64,000 nucleotides of DNA from Prochlorococcus sp. AG-679-M23 (GTDB lineage: Bacteria; Cyanobacteriota; Cyanobacteriia; PCC-6307; Cyanobiaceae): contig QCUR01000005.1 of the NCBI GenBank assembly GCA_003208875.1, positions 32,001-96,000 on the forward strand, in the 5' to 3' direction. Below are positions 9,233-17,063 of the stretch, in pieces. The position numbers and the translations under genes were made by a program. Every line of letters begins with the position of its first letter. The stretch's first letter is position 1. The notes beneath the pieces are model-generated. The model did no database searches. It had not been told where the DNA came from and saw only the letters and a list, made by a program, of their open reading frames with translations.

Positions 9233-9468
9233 TGGAACATTGGTTGATAAATTCCAATAGATCAGAAGTTAAGAGATTTATAAAGAACGATAAGAGTATT
9301 GATGAAGTATTCGAGTATATGTTCATTGATTCTGGAAAAATAGTTGGAGTATTAGGGAATGAACCTCCAGTAATTACTACAACAGTTTCTGTAGATATAG
9401 ATTTAGCTAGAGAAATTTATGAAAGATTACTTTCTCAAGGTTGGCGTAAAACAAAAGTAGTTTGGTAA
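9232..9468 (+). CDS. DUF1651-family protein
   Basis: WLIN...KRF N-terminus and AREIYERLLSQGWRKTKVVW C-terminus. Confidence 0.75.
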   Translation: MEHWLINSNRSEVKRFIKNDKSIDEVFEYMFIDSGKIVGVLGNEPPVITTTVSVDIDLAREIYERLLSQGWRKTKVVW

Positions 9469-9538
9469 TAAATAATAATTTACCTCATTTAATAATTGTT
9501 TCTTAAAGTAGGAGTTTTTAGACTTGTGAATTGAATTT

Positions 9539-9582
9539 TGTACGGGTTTAGGAACGACAATGTTCGGGAGTTGGTACGTATA
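9539..9582 (+). repeat. 22-bp tandem motif TGTDCGG-N4-WGGWAC (copy A)
   Basis: TGTACGG-gttt-AGGAAC-gacaa / TGTTCGG-gagt-TGGTAC-gtata. Confidence 0.5.
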
Positions 9583-9615
9583 AATACTTAGTGAATAATT
9601 AAGACTTTCTAGAAT
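9574..9615 (+). promoter_or_regulatory. Putative NtcA-activated class II promoter
   Basis: GTA-CGTATAAA-TAC (9574-9587), exactly 22 nt spacer, TAGAAT (9610-9615): matches GTA-N8-TAC-N22-TAN3T. Confidence 0.55.
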
Positions 9616-9621
9616 AATTGC

Positions 9622-9672
9622 ATGGTTGTCATGAGAATGCCGCGGAAGCTGCAGAAATCAACCATACTTTTT
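9622..9672 (+). other. Structured leader/sRNA hairpin followed by T-tract
   Basis: ATGGTTG(9622-28)/CAACCAT(9659-65) outer stem, inner TGC.GC-GGAA-GC.GCA, then ACTTTTT. Confidence 0.45.
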
Positions 9673-9686
9673 ACATAAATAATAAT

Positions 9687-9836
9687 ATGACAGACCCAAT
9701 TCTCTATCTTTCAATGATTTTAGGACTTACTGGAGTGTACGTTCTAATATCATCTTTTGGCGATGATGACGATGATAGTAATGATGATGGTGAAAGATAT
9801 ATCTACAACCTTGAATACGTAAAAGTAGGTAGGTAG
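9687..9836 (+). CDS. Small membrane protein with acidic tail (49 aa)
   Basis: MTDPILYLSMILGLTGVYVLISSFGDDDDDSNDDGERYIYNLEYVKVGR; ATG 9687 preferred over track TTG 9618, which runs through the hairpin. Confidence 0.7.
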   Translation: MTDPILYLSMILGLTGVYVLISSFGDDDDDSNDDGERYIYNLEYVKVGR

Positions 9837-9974
9837 ATTGTATTGATTTATGATTGATACATTAATGAAGGTAAAACTTCTCGATCATTAAGCTTACATA
9901 AAAAGCAATAAAAAGTTAGTGGTATCTAGAATTTCTGCTCTCACGGCTAGAAAGACCTAGTGTTAGTATTAAGA

Positions 9975-10040
9975 AACGTTCATCCTAGCTATATCTGGAC
10001 GCATGACATGGAAATAGGGAACGGGATTTCCATTAACTGC
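9975..10040 (+). ncRNA. Glutamine-II (Downstream-peptide) riboswitch
   Basis: 5' CGTTCA, TCC/GGA stem, CGCATGA, perfect stem ATGGAAAT/ATTTCCAT with loop AGGGAACGGG able to pseudoknot (GAACG:CGTTC), closing TGC; -10 TAGTAT at 9964; short ORF directly downstream. Confidence 0.8.
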
Positions 10041-10047
10041 AAAGGTC

Positions 10048-10212
10048 ATGAATAACCTCATACATATTAGAGAAAAAATCAAAAGAGCTGATAGGCTTAA
10101 TAAAGCCCAGCTTCTTGCTACAAAAAACGGAGAGATTAATCATTATAATCCTTCTATTTTTGAGCAAAGACAAAAGCAAGTTCTTAAAGATATGGAAGCA
10201 TTAAATTCTTAA
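10048..10212 (+). CDS. Riboswitch-linked downstream peptide (54 aa)
   Basis: MNNLIHIREKIKRADRLNKAQLLATKNGEINHYNPSIFEQRQKQVLKDMEALNS; AAAGG before ATG, terminator after. Confidence 0.75.
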   Translation: MNNLIHIREKIKRADRLNKAQLLATKNGEINHYNPSIFEQRQKQVLKDMEALNS

Positions 10213-10238
10213 CTTGAATTTATTACTTATATTCGAAT

Positions 10239-10264
10239 GAAAGGGGTTTTATAACCCCTTTTTT
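10239..10264 (+). terminator. Rho-independent terminator
   Basis: AAAGGGGTT-ttat-AACCCCTTT followed by T-run. Confidence 0.85.
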
Positions 10265-10399
10265 ATTAGGAAAGTTACTTGATATGAAAGCAAATACTTG
10301 CAAGGCTTTTCTTATTAAATTAATTTTAGAAAATTTAAAATACACTAGAGAATAACCTCAAGATTGCTATCCTTATTTGAAGATGGCAATTAAGTACTA

Positions 10400-10549
10400 A
10401 TGAAGGAATTACAAGAAAACACTATTGATCAAATAAGAACTCTTCTGAGGTATTTGATTGAAACAGATCTATTAAAAAATAAAGATATTCTTATGTGTTT
10501 AGATGTAATAGCGAGAGAGTATGGCGGAGAAGTCGTAGATAAAAATTAA
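10400..10549 (+). CDS. Small hypothetical protein (49 aa)
   Basis: MKELQENTIDQIRTLLRYLIETDLLKNKDILMCLDVIAREYGGEVVDKN; preceded by hairpin ATTGCTATC/GATGGCAAT (10363-10390). Confidence 0.55.
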   Translation: MKELQENTIDQIRTLLRYLIETDLLKNKDILMCLDVIAREYGGEVVDKN

Positions 10550-10800
10550 ATATTAATATCCAATTTTATTTTTTGGATCAGTTATGAAAATTATAAGATT
10601 AAGAACTAGATTGGCAGGAAAATTAAGTGGCTTTAGAAGAAGTAAAACCATTCCCTGAGTTACATTAAAATCCATACCTTTTTTGGTCAAATTTGTATAA
10701 TCCCCAAGACCTTAGATTATATCTAGCTGTTCTTTTCAAAACTATAGATTTAGATTATGTTTGTATTACATAGTGCAATAAAGTATTAATTATGTTCGAT

Positions 10801-10872
10801 GCCGATATAGCTCACCGGTAGAGCAACTGTCTCGTAAACAGTAGGTCATCGGTTCAATTCCGATTATCGGCA
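10801..10872 (+). tRNA. tRNA-Thr(CGT)
   Basis: Cloverleaf: GCCGATA/TATCGGC acceptor, ACTGT-CTCGTAA-ACAGT anticodon arm, ATCGG-TTCAATT-CCGAT T arm; no encoded CCA. Confidence 0.95.
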
Positions 10873-11114
10873 TTTAAATTTCAGGTATTAGTAGTAGTTG
10901 AATTTCAATATAAAATAATATTCAATTAGCTCTTTTTTTATGTATGGTTAATTTTTAAAAGCTGAATCTTTTACCAGCATTACGAAAAATAAAATGATCC
11001 CTAAACGTGAGCGCTCTAATTACACTTGGTGATAATTAAACTCATTTCATTATAGGAACTTATGTTGTTAAAATTGACATCTTTTGGAGTAATGTAAGTG
11101 GGATTAAAAATGTT

Positions 11115-11363
11115 TTAAAAATAGCTTTTAAATATACTGGTCTTCATCCATCCGTCCTCCAATAACTGCTTATATTCCTTTCTTGCATCTTCAATGGATT
11201 CTACTCTTGAACCTTTGATAACTGGTTTACTTGATCTTTTATATACACAAGCATATTTAATCTCCATTGCATTAATAGTTGGAGAAGGTTTACTAACATC
11301 CTCAAATGGCTTAAATATTTTTATTCGATCTCTTCTCTTGTTTATTAAAGTAAATTCTTCCAT
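11115..11363 (-). CDS. DUF1651-family protein
   Basis: TLIN..RIKIF N-terminus and ARKEYKQLLEDGWMKT C-terminus, similar to 9232-9468. Confidence 0.7.
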   Translation of the reverse strand: MEEFTLINKRRDRIKIFKPFEDVSKPSPTINAMEIKYACVYKRSSKPVIKGSRVESIEDARKEYKQLLEDGWMKTSIFKSYF

Positions 11364-11497
11364 ATATAGTTTACGGCAACTAGCCCTCTTTATTTTTATA
11401 GCGATAGATTTTTAATGTGGCAACTCAGGTCTAGGATAACAATCCTAAGATCATCTTAAAAATGTTTCTATCTCGTTCTATTGCAATCAGTGAGTTC

Positions 11498-11541
11498 TTT
11501 TTAATCCTCAATCCGTACAATTTAGTTCCTCTTACCGCACA
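11498..11541 (-). repeat. 22-bp tandem motif TGTDCGG-N4-WGGWAC (copy B)
   Basis: Minus strand TGTGCGG-taag-AGGAAC-taaat / TGTACGG-attg-AGGATT-aaaaa. Confidence 0.5.
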
Positions 11542-11605
11542 CATAAAACTCAAGTTAAACTAACCAAATTGTTTAGAACTTAAATATTAATACAAAGTAA
11601 GTACA

Positions 11606-11791
11606 ATGAAATTAAAATCAACATTAAGTATTCAAGACAAGAATTTTAGAGATCTTGATAATTCGGTTGAATATTTAACTCTCGCTGACCTAATGAAAGA
11701 GCAAGGAGTATCAACAGATTTAGCTGATTATTGGGATAAGGAATGTGAATTGAATCCATCCGATCCTCATTGCTTAGAATATGACGATTAG
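11606..11791 (+). CDS. Small protein with CP12-like C-terminal C-X8-C-xx-YDD motif
   Basis: Ends YWDKECELNPSDPHCLEYDD. Confidence 0.7.
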   Translation: MKLKSTLSIQDKNFRDLDNSVEYLTLADLMKEQGVSTDLADYWDKECELNPSDPHCLEYDD

Positions 11792-11908
11792 CTCAACAAG
11801 GATCTATCACTAAACTCATTTCATATCAATCTATTTAGTATTTTCTACTTATTGAAACTAATAAATTTTCTAACTAGACTTTTAAAAACTATAAATTTGG
11901 GGAAATTT

Positions 11909-12052
11909 ATGAGTGGAGATTATGAGACATTAGAAATCAATCAACCTAAGATTTCTTATTTAAAAAAAAGATCAGAAGACAATACTTTATGGCTAGATGA
12001 AATGATTGATAAGATTGAAGATATGAAGAACAACATATTTGATGCTGCTTAG
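11909..12052 (+). CDS. Small hypothetical protein (47 aa)
   Basis: MSGDYETLEINQPKISYLKKRSEDNTLWLDEMIDKIEDMKNNIFDAA; GGGGA upstream of ATG 11909 (track start 11852). Confidence 0.6.
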   Translation: MSGDYETLEINQPKISYLKKRSEDNTLWLDEMIDKIEDMKNNIFDAA

Positions 12053-12166
12053 TATATGAAAATAAAGGTTAATCCCTTTTCATATTTTTTATTTTTCTTC
12101 AAATGAATGTAAGAAAAAATCTAAGATAAAAACTTTTAATATCAAAAAATTCAAAAAAAAAAAAAA

Positions 12167-12240
12167 TGTCAATGGGCGGATTTGAACCGCCGACCGCGAC
12201 GATATGAATGTCGTGCTCTAACCAACTGAGCTACATTGAC
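12167..12240 (-). tRNA. tRNA-Met(CAT), probably elongator
   Basis: Minus strand GTCAATG...CGACA-TTCATAT-CGTCG...GGCGG-TTCAAAT-CCGCC-CATTGAC-A; paired 1:72 and no GGG/CCC anticodon stem argue against initiator. Confidence 0.92.
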
Positions 12241-12499
12241 GTGTTTTATATCTTACTATTTTATTGCATTATTGAGCAATTATTTAATTAATTTCGAATG
12301 AATCAAAATGTATATTTTTCAATTATTTTTTTATCCATCTTTATTATTTCTTTAAATATACATCCATATTATTTCTAATATTATTCGTTGCTTTTACATT
12401 TTTAGATGTTTAGATTCTTTGTCTGAGGCTTATCCTATAGCCCATTTATAACATAAATAAAATACTGTTATCTGGGTAGCATCTTCGTATTCCCTCAGT

Positions 12500-12742
12500 T
12501 TATCTCAGGTTCAGAAGCAATCTAATCTTGAATATGTCTCTATTCCTTTGATTTAATAATCCACCAATTGTTGTCTTATTTCCGCAAATTCCTAAATAAG
12601 TATTTCTGTCATAAATATTCCATTGAATTGTATTATTTAATTTGCACATTATTGTTGGCTTAGATTTCTCAGGTAATAATTTATGATAATGTTGAAATTT
12701 TATTAATAAATGATATTTGTCTATCCAACCTGAAAAGTTCAA
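12500..12742 (-). CDS. Dubious hypothetical ORF / possible remnant
   Basis: 80 aa TTG-start ORF just downstream of trmL, no recognisable motif. Confidence 0.25.
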   Translation of the reverse strand: MNFSGWIDKYHLLIKFQHYHKLLPEKSKPTIMCKLNNTIQWNIYDRNTYLGICGNKTTIGGLLNQRNRDIFKIRLLLNLR

Positions 12743-12755
12743 TCATGAGTTTACC

Positions 12756-13238
12756 TTAATTAGCAATTTTAGAATTTATCTGTTTATAAGCTTCATATAT
12801 AGCTATTCCACATGCTACTGATAAATTTAAACTCCTTACACCTTTGGGATCATTGTTCGATAACTCTACCTTGGGCATAAATATTGATATTAATGAATTA
12901 CTAGCACTAATAATATTATTAGGTAATCCAGTATCTTCCCTACCAAATAATAATATATCGTCTTCTTGAAATCTAAAGTCTTTCAAGTAAACCCCATTTT
13001 TTTTGCTAAAGGCAATAATTCTGTTATTTTTTTTTGAATTTTTAAAGTTGTTAAAGTTAGGATAATTTTTTAATTTCACTAACGGCCAATAATCTAGACC
13101 AGCTCTTTTTAAATATTTATCTTCTAATTTAAAACCTAAAGGCTCGATTAAATTTAATGTAATATCAAAAGCAGCACAAGTTCTGGCTATACTCCCTGTA
13201 TTTTGAGGAATCCTTGGTTCAAAAAGTGAAATTTCCAC
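12756..13238 (-). CDS. trmL: tRNA (cytidine/uridine-34-2'-O)-methyltransferase
   Basis: EPRIPQNTG, KRAGLDYW, FGRED.GLP, RSLNLS SPOUT motifs. Confidence 0.95.
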   Translation of the reverse strand: MEISLFEPRIPQNTGSIARTCAAFDITLNLIEPLGFKLEDKYLKRAGLDYWPLVKLKNYPNFNNFKNSKKNNRIIAFSKKNGVYLKDFRFQEDDILLFGREDTGLPNNIISASNSLISIFMPKVELSNNDPKGVRSLNLSVACGIAIYEAYKQINSKIAN

Positions 13239-13240
13239 TT

Positions 13241-13789
13241 CTAAATAGGTATTTCAATACTTATGTTATCAAGTTTTATAGCTCTACCATTCAAAGTAAG
13301 CCAATTCTCTAGAGAAATCTTAGTAATTCTTTTTTGAAGATCTCCAAGTCTCTCTATATATTTATTACCAATTTCATATTCTGAGACTAGACTCCAACCT
13401 ACCTGCTCTCCAACAATTAATGTTGTTTTAACCCTCATTACTAAAAGATCTAAAAGTGAATTAATCATTTTTTCCCAATCCTCATCATTTTTATTGATGC
13501 TCTCCATAATAAAACCGCCAATAGAATCAATCAGTATTGGACCGTTCTCATTTTTTAATGTATGAATTAGGTTATTGGTCTCAACTAATCCCCACTCCTT
13601 TGGCCTTCGTTTACGATGCTGAATAATTTTTTTTTGCCAATTAATATCATCCGGATTTGAATCAGATAATGCTATGTATGTTATTTTTCTAATTTTTTTA
13701 CCTAAATATTCTGCAAATTCACTCTTCCCACTCTTTGTACCACCTGTTATAAATATGATATTAGATGAACTATTATCCTTGACTTCCAT
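13241..13789 (-). CDS. cobU: Adenosylcobinamide kinase / cobinamide-phosphate guanylyltransferase
   Basis: ITGGTKSGKSEFAE P-loop, HRKRRP..W, EQVGW motifs. Confidence 0.9.
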   Translation of the reverse strand: MEVKDNSSSNIIFITGGTKSGKSEFAEYLGKKIRKITYIALSDSNPDDINWQKKIIQHRKRRPKEWGLVETNNLIHTLKNENGPILIDSIGGFIMESINKNDEDWEKMINSLLDLLVMRVKTTLIVGEQVGWSLVSEYEIGNKYIERLGDLQKRITKISLENWLTLNGRAIKLDNISIEIPI

Positions 13790-13798
13790 ATATTAATG

Positions 13799-14113
13799 TT
13801 ATTTAGAGAAATACCACCATGTTGCAAGTGGTATTAATGTAGCCGCTACTAATAAGCCAACAACGATATAGATTGATGTTGATGAACTCTCGGCGTCCAC
13901 ATCCCTCATAGCATTAAAATTTGGATCTACCACTGGGTTATCAATAGAAGATGGTTGACTTTTTTCGTAATTAATAATTGTTTTTTGCTGATTAACCATA
14001 AACAGATCACCAATGTTATTAAAACTTTCTGCATAAGCACTTATTGGTAGTGCAATGAAAAGAAAACCTAACATCACAATTGAAAAAAAAGGTTTATAAA
14101 TAATGTTTTTCAT
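13799..14113 (-). CDS. Hypothetical exported, C-terminally anchored protein
   Basis: Signal peptide ending AYA, C-terminal TM ending WWYFSK. Confidence 0.7.
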   Translation of the reverse strand: MKNIIYKPFFSIVMLGFLFIALPISAYAESFNNIGDLFMVNQQKTIINYEKSQPSSIDNPVVDPNFNAMRDVDAESSSTSIYIVVGLLVAATLIPLATWWYFSK

Positions 14114-14224
14114 TTTAGTTTTAAATCAACTATATAATAATAAACTATAAGCCTAAATTTCTTTGATGTAAAAATCAAATATAATTATTGGAAGTAATTT
14201 TTAAATTTACTATATTATATTTTT

Positions 14225-14851
14225 ATGTATTTTAATGGTAAAACGTTAATTATTATTGGTTCTATTCTTTTTTTCTTTCAATTAGGGAATTTTTTTTCAA
14301 TAGAGTCAATTTCCCCGGCATTAGAAAGAGCACAAGTATTATCAGCTATATCATCTGTAATTATTGTATTAATAGGTTTTTTATTTAAGCAATTTAATCC
14401 AAACTTAGGAGATAAAGTTGAATTAAAAGGTGAAAATAAATTTATATTCGAGCCTGATATACCTGGAGATATTTTAGATGAATTAGCATGGGGCACAGAA
14501 GCAATATTAACTTCAACCGCTGCGGCTACTGTATTAATTCATAATGATGGTAAAAACATCTTAAAAAGAGGTATCACAACAAATAGTGTTTTTAAACCTG
14601 GGGAAACTTGTAAAAGATCTTTAAAAGATATGAAATTAATTTCATTAGCAAACACTAAATTTTATCCAGGAAGAGATGAATTTTTCAGTTTTTGCCCAAA
14701 CGTACCTTCCATATTAATTATTCCAATAGATAGTAAATCTTTCATTTTAATAGGGGGATGGAGTTATAGATGTTTTACAAAGTCAGATGAAAAATGGATT
14801 AATAATTGGTCTAAAAAAGTAAATAATATATTTATAAAAAATAGTTTTTAA
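14225..14851 (+). CDS. Cofactor assembly of complex C subunit B (CCB2/CCB4 family)
   Basis: ELAW.TEAILT.T, L.SLANTKFYPGR.EF, R.FT..DE.W motifs after two TMs. Confidence 0.8.
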   Translation: MYFNGKTLIIIGSILFFFQLGNFFSIESISPALERAQVLSAISSVIIVLIGFLFKQFNPNLGDKVELKGENKFIFEPDIPGDILDELAWGTEAILTSTAAATVLIHNDGKNILKRGITTNSVFKPGETCKRSLKDMKLISLANTKFYPGRDEFFSFCPNVPSILIIPIDSKSFILIGGWSYRCFTKSDEKWINNWSKKVNNIFIKNSF

Positions 14852-15474
14852 AAATATATTTTAGAACGAACTCTTGCTTCTTTTGATTTGAAATTTACAG
14901 ATTTATTATCAATATTATAGTAAGCATTTTCAGAGTTGATTTCATATCCACTATCTTTCATATTGTCCTTAAATTTATATTTTACAGGATTAAAAAATTC
15001 AATAATATTTGTACTTTTTTTTAAAATTGCTTTATTTGAGCTTAATGTTACAAGACTATTTTCAAATTTAACATTTCCTAATATTAAATACTCAGAATTT
15101 TGAATATTCCAGATGAAACTATTAGCTGTTAATTTATCACCTTGTTGAATAATAGTTTTGACTGATACATTACCATCTAATTCTAATAATTTATTATTAT
15201 TAGATAATTTTGAATTGTCTGAATTTATTATATATTCAAGATTATTATCTTTGAATAAATTTATTGTTGTTTCTTTAAGATCAAATGTATTTTTCTCTTT
15301 ATCGTAGTTTGAATAGGGACTTTTAATTGAAATCAATTTTTCTCCCTCTTTAGAAAATATATTCATATTCAAACTATTAATACTTTGACTTATATATTTC
15401 TCATCTATTTCCTTGTTCTTACATCCAATAATTATTAGTGGTAATAGCAGTAAAAGTTTATACAATCTATTCAT
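14848..15474 (-). CDS. lptC: LPS export protein LptC-like (lipoprotein)
   Basis: IIIGC lipobox, repeated beta-jellyroll L.GNV motifs. Confidence 0.75.
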   Translation of the reverse strand: MNRLYKLLLLLPLIIIGCKNKEIDEKYISQSINSLNMNIFSKEGEKLISIKSPYSNYDKEKNTFDLKETTINLFKDNNLEYIINSDNSKLSNNNKLLELDGNVSVKTIIQQGDKLTANSFIWNIQNSEYLILGNVKFENSLVTLSSNKAILKKSTNIIEFFNPVKYKFKDNMKDSGYEINSENAYYNIDNKSVNFKSKEARVRSKIYF

Positions 15475-17002
15475 ATTCGAGCTTTTCTATTACTGGATTT
15501 GGTGCTGGTAAAATTGATTCGTGTATTAATTTACCCCAATCTAATTGCTTTTTCCAAGATTCTTTTTCGTTATATAATAAACCTAGTTGTTGATCAATTT
15601 TTGAAGATAAATTAGGTAATATAGGTAATAATAACAACCCAACTATTCTAGTACTTTCTAAAACATTATAAATAATATTACTTACAAAAGGTATATTTTT
15701 TTCATCTTTAATTAATGTCCAAGGTTGTTTTTCATTAAGATATAAATTTGTATTAATTGCAAGACTAAGAATTACATTAGCTGCTAAATCTAATTCATAG
15801 GAATTAAAATGTCTAAAATAATTCTCAACTGTCTTTTTTGCATATAATTCCAGAGTATTATCTTTACTTAACATCTCATTACTTGGAACTCTATTATCAA
15901 ACCATTTTCTAGACATAGAAGAGGTTCTATTTAATAAATTTCCAATTGTATTTGCCAAATCGTTGTTAATGATATCTACAAATCTTTTATTTTGAAAATC
16001 ACCATCTTGCCCCAATGTAATATCTTTTAGTAGATACCACCTAACAGCTTCTTTACCGTATTTTGATAATAAAATATCTGGATCTAATACATTTCCTAAG
16101 CTTTTACCCATTTTTTGTCCTTCTCTAGTAAGAAAACCATGTCCATAAACTTTTTTAGGCACTTTCATTCCGGCGGAAATTAGCATTGCAGGCCAATAGA
16201 CTGCATGAAACCTGAGAATATCTTTACCTATTAAATGAATATCAGCAGGCCAACCATTATCAATTGATTCATCTAATGAGGGTTTATTCATATCAAGGCT
16301 TATCGCACTAACATAACCAAGCAAAGCATCAAACCACACGTAAAAAGTATGGTTATCAATATCTGGGACTGATATACCCCAAGATACATTTGTTCTTGAT
16401 ATTGAGAAATCTTTTAAACCTTTAGATACAAAATTGATAATTTCATTTCTTCTTTCTTTTGGATGGATAAATGTAGGCTCATTAATAAGATCCTCTATTT
16501 GTGATTGGTATTTTGACAACTTAAAAAAAAGATTTTCCTCATTTTTCCATTCCAAAGTTTTTTGATGAATAGGACATTTATGTGTTGGTGAATTATCTGG
16601 ATTATCTTTAAATTCTTCACAACCAACGCAATACCAACCCTTTTGGACTCCCATGTAAATATCATCTGATTTTTTTACTCTGTTATAAAATTCTTTAACT
16701 ATATATTCATGTTTTTGGGAACTTGTTCTTACAAATTTATTATGTGTTATTTCCCAATCCTTCCAGTTTTGCTTAAAGATATCTGAAATTTCATCGCAAT
16801 GAAATTGAGGTTCAACTCCCTTATTTTTTGCTGTTCTTTGAATCTTTAGACCGTGTTCATCTACTCCAGTAATAAATATCACATCTTCTCCTGTGAGCCT
16901 CTTATACCTTGCTATTGAATCACAAATCAACGTAGTATAAATACTACCCAAATGAGGTTTATCGTTTACATAATATAACGGTGTAGTAATTACAAAACTC
17001 AT
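15467..17002 (-). CDS. metG: Methionine--tRNA ligase
   Basis: TTPLYYVN..HLGS, YVWFDAL, GKDILRFH, KMGKS. Confidence 0.97.
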   Translation of the reverse strand: MSFVITTPLYYVNDKPHLGSIYTTLICDSIARYKRLTGEDVIFITGVDEHGLKIQRTAKNKGVEPQFHCDEISDIFKQNWKDWEITHNKFVRTSSQKHEYIVKEFYNRVKKSDDIYMGVQKGWYCVGCEEFKDNPDNSPTHKCPIHQKTLEWKNEENLFFKLSKYQSQIEDLINEPTFIHPKERRNEIINFVSKGLKDFSISRTNVSWGISVPDIDNHTFYVWFDALLGYVSAISLDMNKPSLDESIDNGWPADIHLIGKDILRFHAVYWPAMLISAGMKVPKKVYGHGFLTREGQKMGKSLGNVLDPDILLSKYGKEAVRWYLLKDITLGQDGDFQNKRFVDIINNDLANTIGNLLNRTSSMSRKWFDNRVPSNEMLSKDNTLELYAKKTVENYFRHFNSYELDLAANVILSLAINTNLYLNEKQPWTLIKDEKNIPFVSNIIYNVLESTRIVGLLLLPILPNLSSKIDQQLGLLYNEKESWKKQLDWGKLIHESILPAPNPVIEKLEYE

Positions 17003-17063
17003 AATATTTTTTTACTTATAATAACAATTATAAATTGTACAATAGGTCAGCAAGATTTTTTAA

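Noticed and set aside
9922..9935. Second NtcA-like site GTA-N8-TTC upstream of the riboswitch
   Set aside because: Mismatched half-site and wrong spacing to the -10 box.
10995..11020. CGTGAGCGCTCTAA resembling a tRNA fragment/att scar
   Set aside because: Too short and does not match any tRNA in the window; no T-arm.
8808..12446. Shared 11-mer CTATAGCCCAT at ~8809 and ~12435, and GAATAACCTCA at 10050 and 10350
   Set aside because: Single short matches with no flanking similarity; compatible with chance.
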